NCBI GenBank assembly: GCA_964531785.1
Contig: CAZHFF010000001.1
Coordinates: 229,997 to 293,996 of the forward strand
DNA from: an uncultured Candidatus Saccharibacteria bacterium
GTDB taxonomy: Bacteria > Patescibacteriota > Minisyncoccia > Phycocordibacterales > UBA12088
Direction of reading: 5' to 3'
DNA length: 64,000 nucleotides
The notes beneath the pieces were generated by a model that saw nothing but the letters and a program-made list of their open reading frames with translations, was not told the origin of the DNA and searched no databases. The position numbers and the translations under genes were made by a program. Shown in pieces: positions 52,239 to 61,169 of the stretch (within the stretch, counting starts at the first letter, position 1; every line of letters starts with the position of its first letter).

Positions 52239-52268
52239 CGAGGCCTGACCTGCTGTGGTCGGGCCTCG
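52239..52268 (+). other. Intercistronic hairpin 2 (core GCCTGAC..GTCGGGC)
   Basis: CGAGGCCTGACC-TGCTGT-GGTCGGGCCTCG, 12 bp including one G-U pair. Confidence 0.6.
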
Positions 52269-52360
52269 ACTGGAGGAAGACAGAATGATCGTTTGATTTC
52301 CCGTACCAAGTCTTTCTGTCTTTCGCCCCCATTCCTATACCCGTCCCCCATACCAACTTC

Positions 52361-53041
52361 ATGTCCTACGTAAAACAACTAGCACTCGGGATCATCGCAG
52401 CAGAGCTCATACTCGCTGCGGTCCTGGTCGCGAGCGTCTTTGCGCCGCTTCCGGGTAAGGTGCAGTTCAAGATCGTGCTCAGCGGCTCGATGGAGCCCGC
52501 GGTGCCGGTCGGGAGCGTCGTGTTTATCGCACCCAGCGCTACGTATGCGGTGGGCGATATCATCACCTTTGGCGAGGACACCAAAAAGCGTGTGCCCGTC
52601 ACCCACCGCATCGTCAGCGTCGAGCGTGAAGCGGGCTCCGTGCGCTACCAAACGAAGGGCGATGCGAACGAACAGGCTGATAATCTGCCCATCAAGCATG
52701 CCGAAGTGCTTGGGCGTGTTGTCCTCACGGTGCCACGCCTCGGATACGTGTTCGAGTTCGCGCGCAGCAGAACGGGATTCATCTGGACCATCGTCGTACC
52801 GGCATCGTTCATCGTGCTCGATGAGCTCATCACCCTCTATGGAGCCTTCCGCGACCGTCGGAGGGCGCGTCGAGCTGGAACGCTGCCGACCGAAAAGGCT
52901 CCCAGGTCAGTGTCGACCAAACCCGATCGCACATCGAACGACCACCGACAGGACCGTACTGCGCATCGGCAGGTGCTGTTCTCTGAGCGGGCCGGTATCG
53001 ACGGCTGTCGCGTGGTGCTGCGGCCGCAATACACCTCATGA
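52361..53041 (+). CDS. sipW: Signal peptidase I, archaeal/SipW type (S26B)
   Basis: TM helix, SGSMEP catalytic Ser box, THRIV His box, second TM helix, and a basic C-terminal tail. Confidence 0.85.
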   Translation: MSYVKQLALGIIAAELILAAVLVASVFAPLPGKVQFKIVLSGSMEPAVPVGSVVFIAPSATYAVGDIITFGEDTKKRVPVTHRIVSVEREAGSVRYQTKGDANEQADNLPIKHAEVLGRVVLTVPRLGYVFEFARSRTGFIWTIVVPASFIVLDELITLYGAFRDRRRARRAGTLPTEKAPRSVSTKPDRTSNDHRQDRTAHRQVLFSERAGIDGCRVVLRPQYTS

Positions 53042-54216
53042 GATACGCTACCACCAAACATGTGCTCGACCTTCGGAACGCAGCGCAGGGTATCACCGCG
53101 CCTTTAGCAAGCGACGCCAGGTCCGACGCAACCCTCGGGAAGATACATGGTCAGAAGGCTCAGGCTTTACCGTGCGCACTGATCCCTAAGGCGCCGAATG
53201 TGACAGCCCCATTGCTCCGCATTGCAGCGCTTGTCCTCTCGATAGTCGGGATGTGGCAGGTGCTCCCAGCGGTCACCGCATCGATCGCGTATTTCACCGA
53301 CACCGAGGCGACGTCCGGCCGGCTTTCTGCAGCGCTCCTTGAGCTTGATGCGGAAGGAGGCGGCGACGAAACGCTTGCGTGTGGCACGATGAAGAGCTTC
53401 CCCGTGTACGTTGAGCTCACCAAGACTCGTGCGGCACAGTATGCGGTTAGCGTCGAACAGGCGACCGGTGATGCGGCACTCTGCGACCTGCTTCGTGTCG
53501 AGGCGTGGCTTAAGGGCGAGCGACTGTATCCGACCGGAGGGAGCGGAAAGCTCCTTGATCTTGGTATCGAAGGCGTGACCGAGAGCGGTCTCTGGGACTT
53601 CAGGGTCGAACTTCCAAGCAGTGCACAGAGCATTCCGGACGGAAGCTACTGTATGGTCGATATCGTGTTCAGGGCCTGGTGCCCGATGACCGGTGCGTTC
53701 GGTGACGGGTTCTTCGATGAGGACAGGGTCACCTTAACGGTGCGTAAGGAGGGTTGTGAGGGGGATGAGTGCCTACCCTGCCCGGGGGGCGTCTGCGGAG
53801 ACGTATCTATCGAGGTCGTGAACGAGAACCATGCTCTTGTCGAGAACACCGTCACGGTCACGGCGAACACCGGAGGCAACAGTGCAAATGGAGGCGATGG
53901 CGGAGAAGGGGGTGCCGGGGGAGGTGGCGGCGGGAATGGTGGGGCCGGAGGGACCATCACGACCGGAAACTCGTCCGCCTCGGTCAGTATCACCAACGTG
54001 GTCAACGCCAACGAGACGACGATCACCGTGTCGGGGTGCTGCAAGAGCTGTCCCTGTGACACGAGCTGCTCGAGCGCCTGTAGCGACACTTCGGTATCGA
54101 GCATGCAAGTCGGTGCGGGCGAGGTCACCGCAGCGAGCCTCCGGGACGAGCTCGAAGCTCGCGTCGACGAAGCGTTCACTCAGATAGGCATGCCGCGCCT
54201 CCCGAGGGTACGGTAG
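53038..54216 (+). CDS. SipW-cognate signal-peptide protein with Gly-rich and Cys-rich C-terminus
   Basis: LRIAALVLSIVGMWQVLPAVTASIAYFTDTEATSGRLSAALLELD. Its start overlaps the sipW stop (ATGA). Contains NTGGNSANGGDGGEGGAGGGGGGNGGAGG. Confidence 0.7.
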   Translation: MRYATTKHVLDLRNAAQGITAPLASDARSDATLGKIHGQKAQALPCALIPKAPNVTAPLLRIAALVLSIVGMWQVLPAVTASIAYFTDTEATSGRLSAALLELDAEGGGDETLACGTMKSFPVYVELTKTRAAQYAVSVEQATGDAALCDLLRVEAWLKGERLYPTGGSGKLLDLGIEGVTESGLWDFRVELPSSAQSIPDGSYCMVDIVFRAWCPMTGAFGDGFFDEDRVTLTVRKEGCEGDECLPCPGGVCGDVSIEVVNENHALVENTVTVTANTGGNSANGGDGGEGGAGGGGGGNGGAGGTITTGNSSASVSITNVVNANETTITVSGCCKSCPCDTSCSSACSDTSVSSMQVGAGEVTAASLRDELEARVDEAFTQIGMPRLPRVR

Positions 54217-54471
54217 CGCACCTGTGGATAACCGAAGTGGCCGTACCGCCTCGTAACGCTCATCGCTCGTCTTCAAAAGGACACAAGGACAAGGCGCGTT
54301 GTCCGCGATAATAGATTAGAAAATGGGCATGTTCTGTGAGACATAGGGACAACTGTTGACCAGGCACATCTGTCCTTATGGTACACAGAACGATACTTGT
54401 CAATGATACCCTGAGAGCGCATTATGTTGTCAGAGCAGATTGTTTGGCAAGAAGCGGTCTGCTCAGGGTAT

Positions 54472-54477
54472 ATACAA
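54472..54477 (+). promoter_or_regulatory. -10-like TACAAT
   Basis: GGTATATACAAT, 150 nt upstream of ATG 54632. Confidence 0.3.
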
Positions 54478-54631
54478 TGTGCGTGACTGGATCAGGGGGC
54501 TGATCAACAGCTACGTGGGGCCCGATCTCGAAGCACTCTTCGAATCAAGATCGGACCCCAACAGCTGAAGGGTCAACCTGAACGCGAGGAGCCACGTGCG
54601 GCTCAGGCACACTGCACCTTTTAAGCTCAAT

Positions 54632-55228
54632 ATGACCACCTACCTCTACAAGATACTTTATGTACTACTCGTTGGGGCATTGGTCATCGCGAGCCTTTTT
54701 GTGTACTTCGCGGGCCACACGGAGCGGGGCATGCGGTATGCGCTGTTTGCTGAGAGTGGCCAGAGCAGTGCGCCTGCGCTTCTGGTTGGTGTGCGACAGG
54801 TTGCAGGGATGTCCGGTGATACGGTGCTTGCGGTCGGCACCGGCCCGCACGCGACGGAGCTTGAGGTGCGTGGGACCGCTCGGGCCCAGGGCGCGCTGCT
54901 CTACGTTGGGGATGAGCGAGCTGTCGCAGCGGCGGAGGCGCCCTATCGCTTGGTACTGAGCCTGCCGTACCTGGGTGTCGTGCTTGAGGTCCTGAGTTCG
55001 CTCTGGGGACGCCTGGCGCTCGTGGGTGTTCCGCTCCTTATGCTCGCGACCCATGCGGTGCTCGTACTTCACTACCAGGCGAGCATGACTCGCTCGCCCC
55101 AGCTGAACAATTTTGGACGGACGATGCGTTCACCGCGACTCGTCGTGCTTCGCGATACACTCAGGACCGTACCTGAACCGGCGGCCTATCCCTGGCAGAG
55201 CTCGAGAGCAATGCGCCAGACCGCGTGA
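54632..55228 (+). CDS. Membrane protein with SipW-like architecture (possible divergent S26B paralogue)
   Basis: TM, beta region, TM. ESGQSSAPALL aligns with LSGSMEPAVP, GPHATELEV with VTHRIVSVE, and YRLVLSLPYLGVVLE with GRVVLTVPRLGYVFE. Confidence 0.45.
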   Translation: MTTYLYKILYVLLVGALVIASLFVYFAGHTERGMRYALFAESGQSSAPALLVGVRQVAGMSGDTVLAVGTGPHATELEVRGTARAQGALLYVGDERAVAAAEAPYRLVLSLPYLGVVLEVLSSLWGRLALVGVPLLMLATHAVLVLHYQASMTRSPQLNNFGRTMRSPRLVVLRDTLRTVPEPAAYPWQSSRAMRQTA

Positions 55229-55613
55229 GCCGATACTAAGCGTTACGAACATTATCAAGTACCACTTCTTGCTATGAAAACTACAAGTACGCAGTTCGAT
55301 GGTGTCCGTGTTGTCTGGAGTTCGCGCGACTTGGCCGAAGGTATACAACAACCTAGTTCGATGTTCGGGACCGTAAGGGCGCGGAGCATTGACGGGGTGA
55401 CCCGCCGACGCGCAGCACGGCCCGAAACAAGAGAGCAGCCGGCGCAACATGCGCACACGGTACACACACCGAACCTGCTCGTGCAGATGCGGCGCATGGT
55501 CGATGGGATCATAGCTCGACCCACGATCCCAAAGCGACAGACGCTTTGGCCCTATGCTGGGTAGTGCAACCTCTTCTGTTGTTGAAAGCGGCACTTCAGG
55601 GGCTAAAGCAGTG

Positions 55614-55622
55614 TGGTATAGT
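55614..55622 (+). promoter_or_regulatory. Extended -10 TGGTATAGT
   Basis: Lies 40 nt upstream of the GTG start at 55662. Confidence 0.45.
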
Positions 55623-55661
55623 TTGTGGTACTGACCGAGAACGGTCATCGATGCCACTGCT

Positions 55662-58600
55662 GTGAAAGACTTTTCTGTTGGACCGGACACGAGTGACGCG
55701 CCAGGTGACCGGACGCTAGCGCGCGCGGTGACGAGCAGGGGTGTCGCGCTCGCGCTCGTTTCAAACGTTGTGCTGGTGGCTGCGCTTTTCGTCCTCACGG
55801 ACGTGTTCGGAGCCACCGTTGCTACGTATGATGACCTTCGGGTGCGTACGGGCGAACTTGGCGACCGAGCCACAGTGAGCGAGGCGCGTCGTGGCGGGGA
55901 GTTCGTGTTCGCAGGGGACGACCCATACGGTCAAGGAGACGACGGCGGGACGGTGCTAGCAGCTCCGAACGGTTACTGGGTGCGTGAACACGAGCATACT
56001 GCAGCAGCACCGGTCGAACTTGACTGGTTCGAGCGAGTGACCGCCGGTGCGAATATCACCCAGCTGATCGAACAGTTGCGTGACCGGTACACGGGAAGTC
56101 GTGACCTGTTCGTTCGCCTGCCGAGCGTACCAATGACGCTTGAGGTGGGGTACGTTGCGTTCGGGGCGTGGAACCGGTTCCATCTGCTCGAGAACACAGC
56201 TGCGGTCACCCTTGCGCTTCCAGAACCAACCATTCTTGATCTGCGCGACCTTACTTGGATTCAACGTGTCGAGGACGGGCAGCCGGTCAATGCGTGGGAA
56301 GCCCAGGTCCCGGGAGGTGCTGCGATTCAGGAGGTGTGGAGCAGTCCGCCCGTAGGTCACGGTATTGCAGCGACCGAGGTGTTCCACTGGGGCAACCCGG
56401 TCGTTACTTCACCCTCGGATGACGGAACTGACCCAGCTATTGCTGCCCTGGTGGATAATTTGCCCGGTAGCGCGACTGCAGCACAGGCACGTTTCATGCG
56501 CTACTGGTCGGGCGTTGAGGGTGGGGTGACCAAGATCGTCGTGTATGCCACACAGGACCCGAGGAATGAATACGAGGTGCTCGAGGGCAGTCCCTCCGAC
56601 CTGGCGCAAATGTTCTACTTTGATGATGTGCAGGACGTCTACATCGGCGGTGATGCGTACTCATTGACCTTGCTAGGAGCCCATCGGCTTGAGCTTGGTG
56701 CTCGGGGTGATCACAGCTCTATCAGTATCTACAACGGCAAAGGCGATTGTTGCACCGGACGGACAAAATACCTCTTACGACTCGGCAACACATCAGCAGG
56801 CACGGTGGATCCTGCAGTGATACGTGCGAACATCCGCGACACGTTCGAGGGCGGAATTGGTGTTTCGGGAGGTATCGGCAGTCATCGAACGGATCGTTTC
56901 GATCTAACCCTGGGGGGCACGATGTCGAACACGTCCCACTGGGTTTCCTATGGCGTCAGAACTCTCGTACTCGATGGTTACAAAGAAGAGGATCCGTACC
57001 TTAATAGCTCGGTATGGAATGGAAAAACAGGTACAGCTGCCGCCGCGGACACTGCATATCGGTATGCTGACCGTCTAAATGGCCTGGAGAGTGGCTACAA
57101 TGATACTGAAGATGTGAATAGCGCGTCACGAGTACGCGGCTTCGGGGTGCCTAAGGGCACGGCAGGTGTCACCACACGTACCGCAGACCTGGTGTGGGAG
57201 TCGGTCGGCGGGGCGGTATATCGGGCGGCCGTCCCCACGGAGGTTGTGGACGTATGGGCAGACGGCAAACCGACCGGAAAAAAGGCGAGCCCAAGTGTCG
57301 GTACCTTGCTCGCGGATGGAGATTGGTACTGGGGTGGGGGAATGCTCTACTATGTTGACAGCGTCGGTTCGCCTGCACGGCACGCACGTTTTGCCGCGAT
57401 CCACCGGTACAGTTACTATATTGTCCAGCATAAAGGTTGGTCCTCGACAGGTGTCTCTCTAGACACGTCAAATACAGGCAACAAGATCGATGGTCAAGGG
57501 TCCGCAGGGCAGGACGCGCGCTTCGTGTTCTGGGAGTACCTGCCGGGCACGTGGGGCGCCAACGGTTCGCCCTGGGCCGAGGGTGGACATATGTTCCGGT
57601 ATGAAGCAACCAACGAGAACGCGAGCGGGCAGGACGTGCTCACCAATGAGTCATGGCAGAACCTCGGGGACAACCGATGGGGGCTTGATATCAGTTCGAT
57701 CACAACGGTTCCCGGTAAGGCCGCGTATGCTGTGCTGTTCGTGAACGGTGAAGCCTGGGACGCAGCGTCCGGGCGAAAACGATCGACTGCGGCAGAGGTG
57801 ACAGAACCAAAGACGTGGCACTCGTCAGGAACCTATCTAACACTGTACAGCGAGACCGATCCCACCAATGAACGACTGATCCTCGGTGCCTGGGGGGTAT
57901 ACTTCAATGCCGATGCGAACATTACCGTAAAGAACTTCTCAGCACTTCCCGGAAAGAACGTCATCGAGCCCGTGTGGGAAACCGCCAATGGCGGCGATTA
58001 CACCCAGCGATTCATTTGGGCCGGCGCCTCCGATGGTTCTCCTGCACAGGTGAACGTAGACGCACTGCTCGCGGTCCATGAGTACCATGAGGTTTACAAC
58101 TGGCAGGGAGGCTCACTTGAGCTTCGTTCGATGAACAACATCCCGGCAAACTATCCGAACGGTGCCACGTACGATCGACCTGCAACAGGGAACCGAGGCA
58201 GCAACTTGGTACTTGCAGGGAAGTTGATCGCGCGCAGCAAAAGCTATGACAACGTGTTCGACACGATCGACTTCACGACAAGGAACGCAAATCCACGTCG
58301 TGTCGTCGAGGTGGTCGGTACCGATGTTGAGCTCACGCTAACCAATGTGACCGCCCCAGAGGGGTCGTGGGCCACGGTCGAAGACCTTGCTACCAGTGAG
58401 GTGTACATAAATGGTGCACGTGTCACGGAGAGCCCCTACTTCCTTTCGACCGGGACGCAAAGGACCTTTCCGTTCGTTCAGCATGGGTCGGCGTACCGCA
58501 TGCTGTTCGAAGAAGAGCCACCCAGTTCCGCGTATATATTCCATTCAAAGCTCGACCAAAGCACCACTGATACGACCGGTACCTGGAACGTCAGTTCTGC

Positions 58601-59603
58601 GGTCGCGAGCTGGGAAGCGCACGTAGCCCCGCTTACAAGCCTGGTCGCGTCGCTTCGGGGCAATATCTGGAAATGGGGCGGTTTTGATCCTACGCCCTAT
58701 ATGGAAGGTCTGACGCTCGACATGCTGGTCAAGATAGACGAGGTGCCGGCAGCCGTTCCACATACCTCGGCTGAGAACTGGCGTTGGCTGCAAATGGTGC
58801 ATTTCAAAGACCAAGAAACGGTGTCGGTCGCCTATCATAGAGGTTATCGCAACCTCCAGCTCAGCGCGCGCCTGGGCGCAGAGACGAGGTCAAAGAGTAT
58901 CAACATGGACCTGTTATCGCTCGCGGATCAGAAGTTCCACCGCCTGACGCTCACCTTCAACCCGTACGTTGACCGTATCGCTCGGGTCTATGTGGACGGA
59001 GTGCTTACGCTTGAAACAGAAGCGCTCCCTGGAAGTGCGGTGTGGGGCAGTACCCAAAGTCCGGAACGGCAGGCGTTCTCATTCGGCGGTCACTGGGCAG
59101 GGGGTGCTATAACGGATATCCATATCGATGAGCCTGCGCTTCTGCACGGCGTGTACACTCCAACTCCGCCTAACAGTGAGACTACGCTCGCTCAAGCAGC
59201 TTGCGAGCGCACACAGAGCGGTCAACCGGTATTCGCCGGGTTCGGCGTTCCCTGGAACCCATTTACCCAAGCCCGCGAACTGTTACTCACGGTGCAGTGT
59301 GGCGAGCAGGCACGGCTCAACCTGGGCGGCGATGCACAACCGTACCTTACTTACATACATGAGTCGGGGTATGTCTGGCGGGATGGAGCGTGGCAACAGA
59401 TCGGCATGACCGGTGCGAACCGTACCGGTACCTGGTACGTGGGGAGCGCATACAGCGTACTGCCGTTTAGTTACGAGGAGTTCGCAAATACGCAGTATGC
59501 GGTGGGGTACGTGTGTCAGCTGGTCAGTGCGGTTTGGAAGTGTGGCTGTCGCGATGTGACGTGCCAAGAACCAGCCTGGCAGCTCCAGTCGTTCAGACGC
59601 TAG
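55662..59603 (+). CDS. Giant (1313 aa) membrane-anchored surface protein with a LamG/ConA-like lectin domain
   Basis: N-terminal TM helix ALALVSNVVLVAALFVL. LamG-like block near residues 1010-1150 (FHRLTLTF..VYVDGVL..FSFGGHWAGG). GTG start. Confidence 0.7.
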   Translation: MKDFSVGPDTSDAPGDRTLARAVTSRGVALALVSNVVLVAALFVLTDVFGATVATYDDLRVRTGELGDRATVSEARRGGEFVFAGDDPYGQGDDGGTVLAAPNGYWVREHEHTAAAPVELDWFERVTAGANITQLIEQLRDRYTGSRDLFVRLPSVPMTLEVGYVAFGAWNRFHLLENTAAVTLALPEPTILDLRDLTWIQRVEDGQPVNAWEAQVPGGAAIQEVWSSPPVGHGIAATEVFHWGNPVVTSPSDDGTDPAIAALVDNLPGSATAAQARFMRYWSGVEGGVTKIVVYATQDPRNEYEVLEGSPSDLAQMFYFDDVQDVYIGGDAYSLTLLGAHRLELGARGDHSSISIYNGKGDCCTGRTKYLLRLGNTSAGTVDPAVIRANIRDTFEGGIGVSGGIGSHRTDRFDLTLGGTMSNTSHWVSYGVRTLVLDGYKEEDPYLNSSVWNGKTGTAAAADTAYRYADRLNGLESGYNDTEDVNSASRVRGFGVPKGTAGVTTRTADLVWESVGGAVYRAAVPTEVVDVWADGKPTGKKASPSVGTLLADGDWYWGGGMLYYVDSVGSPARHARFAAIHRYSYYIVQHKGWSSTGVSLDTSNTGNKIDGQGSAGQDARFVFWEYLPGTWGANGSPWAEGGHMFRYEATNENASGQDVLTNESWQNLGDNRWGLDISSITTVPGKAAYAVLFVNGEAWDAASGRKRSTAAEVTEPKTWHSSGTYLTLYSETDPTNERLILGAWGVYFNADANITVKNFSALPGKNVIEPVWETANGGDYTQRFIWAGASDGSPAQVNVDALLAVHEYHEVYNWQGGSLELRSMNNIPANYPNGATYDRPATGNRGSNLVLAGKLIARSKSYDNVFDTIDFTTRNANPRRVVEVVGTDVELTLTNVTAPEGSWATVEDLATSEVYINGARVTESPYFLSTGTQRTFPFVQHGSAYRMLFEEEPPSSAYIFHSKLDQSTTDTTGTWNVSSAVASWEAHVAPLTSLVASLRGNIWKWGGFDPTPYMEGLTLDMLVKIDEVPAAVPHTSAENWRWLQMVHFKDQETVSVAYHRGYRNLQLSARLGAETRSKSINMDLLSLADQKFHRLTLTFNPYVDRIARVYVDGVLTLETEALPGSAVWGSTQSPERQAFSFGGHWAGGAITDIHIDEPALLHGVYTPTPPNSETTLAQAACERTQSGQPVFAGFGVPWNPFTQARELLLTVQCGEQARLNLGGDAQPYLTYIHESGYVWRDGAWQQIGMTGANRTGTWYVGSAYSVLPFSYEEFANTQYAVGYVCQLVSAVWKCGCRDVTCQEPAWQLQSFRR

Positions 59604-60834
59604 TGTGTCGAGTGGCAGGCGTGTCCGCAAGTCGCTTTCGACCATCAGCACGGAGCTCGTCGGGAGTAGCGAACGAGCCCTTTCCGTTGCGTTCGAAGAG
59701 TAGATAGCCCGCCATGCCTATCATGACCGCATTGTCGGTCGACAGGCCCTTGGGCGGGAACTGTATCCGCACATCTGGCCACTGTTCGGTCAGCATGAGG
59801 TTGAGGCGTTCACGTATGTACTCATTAGCAGCGACGCCGCCTCCCAGGACGAACGTTTTGGTGTCGTGCTCCGAGAGCGCGCGACGTACCTTGGCAAGCA
59901 GTACATCGACTACTGCCTCCTCGAACTCGGTCGCAATGCGCAGCTTTGCGTGCTCATCTAGCTCGCGGAGCTCCCGAGTGAGGTAGAGTACAGCGGTCTT
60001 CAGACCGGAGAACGAAAAGTCGCAGTCGTTGCTGGTGAGCATCGGTCTGGGGAGTTTCTGGTCCGCAAGCGGCTTGCCAAACTTTTGATGGGCAAGACGA
60101 CGTCCTTCGCGTGCGAGGTTGGCGATATGCAACCCACCCGGGTAGGGCAGGCCGAGCATGCGGGCTACCTTATCGTATGCTTCACCTACCGCATCATCTC
60201 GTGTTTCTCCCACCACGGTGTACGTACCCCAGGCCGGGGCATGCACGAGCTCCGTATGACCGCCTGATATAAGGAGTGCGAGCACGGGAAAGGTGGTGCC
60301 GTGGAGCGTATAGGACTCGTTCGCATCGTTCGTTCTCGTGCTTGCGCTTGCTACGACATGTCCCTCGAGGTGATTTACCGGCAGCACGGGTATGTTCCAG
60401 GCTCGGGAGAGCGCGTCCGCAAAATTCACCCCGATCCAGAGTGCTGGCTCAAGTCCCGGTCCGGTCGTGACCGCGATCGCATCGACCTTGGGTCGCTCGG
60501 TGTTGCGAAGTGTCGTAAGGAGCAGGTCGGTGAGCTCAGGTTCTCGGCGCAGGAGCTCGGTCAACGACGCCTCGACCGCAGGTTCGATCTGTTGTGGTGC
60601 TTCTTGGTAGAGTCCCGCCTGTTTGAGCGCGGTAGCAAGGAGCGGGACCAGGTTCGCCGCATGCTCGCGTTTTGCGAGCGTCGGGTACACGCCACCGTAT
60701 TCTGAGTGTTTTGCTGCCTGTGAATAGAGCGCATTCCCACGTACCTGAAAGCTGGCCTGGTCAGCCTTGCCTTTGGCCTGAAGCACGGTCACTCCGGTTT
60801 CGTCACAACTCGTTTCTATGGACAAGAGGAGCAT
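59593..60834 (-). CDS. tsaD: tRNA N6-adenosine threonylcarbamoyltransferase
   Basis: LLSIETSCDETGV, GPGLEPALWIG, HLEGH and GGVAANEY. Carries internal insertions. Its 3' end overlaps the convergent giant gene by 11 bp. Confidence 0.9.
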   Translation of the reverse strand: MLLLSIETSCDETGVTVLQAKGKADQASFQVRGNALYSQAAKHSEYGGVYPTLAKREHAANLVPLLATALKQAGLYQEAPQQIEPAVEASLTELLRREPELTDLLLTTLRNTERPKVDAIAVTTGPGLEPALWIGVNFADALSRAWNIPVLPVNHLEGHVVASASTRTNDANESYTLHGTTFPVLALLISGGHTELVHAPAWGTYTVVGETRDDAVGEAYDKVARMLGLPYPGGLHIANLAREGRRLAHQKFGKPLADQKLPRPMLTSNDCDFSFSGLKTAVLYLTRELRELDEHAKLRIATEFEEAVVDVLLAKVRRALSEHDTKTFVLGGGVAANEYIRERLNLMLTEQWPDVRIQFPPKGLSTDNAVMIGMAGYLLFERNGKGSFATPDELRADGRKRLADTPATRHTSV

Positions 60835-60877
60835 GGTCGTTCTACTCTACCGTGTTTGAACGCAGAGCTCAAATGAG

Positions 60878-60883
60878 GTATAC
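60878..60883 (+). promoter_or_regulatory. -10 TATACT before tRNA-Val
   Basis: GGTATACT, 11 nt upstream of the tRNA 5' end. Confidence 0.45.
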
Positions 60884-60894
60884 TGCTCGCTATC

Positions 60895-60968
60895 GGGCGA
60901 TTAGCTCAGTTGGCTAGAGCGTTCCCTTGACGTGGGAAAGGCCAGGGGTTCGAATCCCTTATCGCCCA
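60895..60968 (+). tRNA. tRNA-Val (anticodon GAC)
   Basis: Acceptor GGGCGAT/ATCGCCC, anticodon arm TTCCC-TTGACGT-GGGAA, T-loop GGTTCGAATCC. Confidence 0.9.
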
Positions 60969-61118
60969 CAAACGAAGCAAAACGAAGTGCAGTGAGCGAT
61001 GCGCATCTGTTTGTGCAGCAAACAAGAACCGCGCATACATTTTTGTGGGCCATGTGCCTTAGCTGTGCCAGTAGGTAAAATGCACGCTTGACGTCGGTTT
61101 GGTGCACACTGTGGTGTG

Positions 61119-61127
61119 TGGTATAAC
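61119..61127 (+). promoter_or_regulatory. Extended -10 TGGTATAAC
   Basis: Upstream of the SD GAAGAGGA and ATG 61170. Confidence 0.4.
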
Positions 61128-61169
61128 ACGCCGGGTTACAGTGTGTACCCAACAACTGAAGAGGATGTC

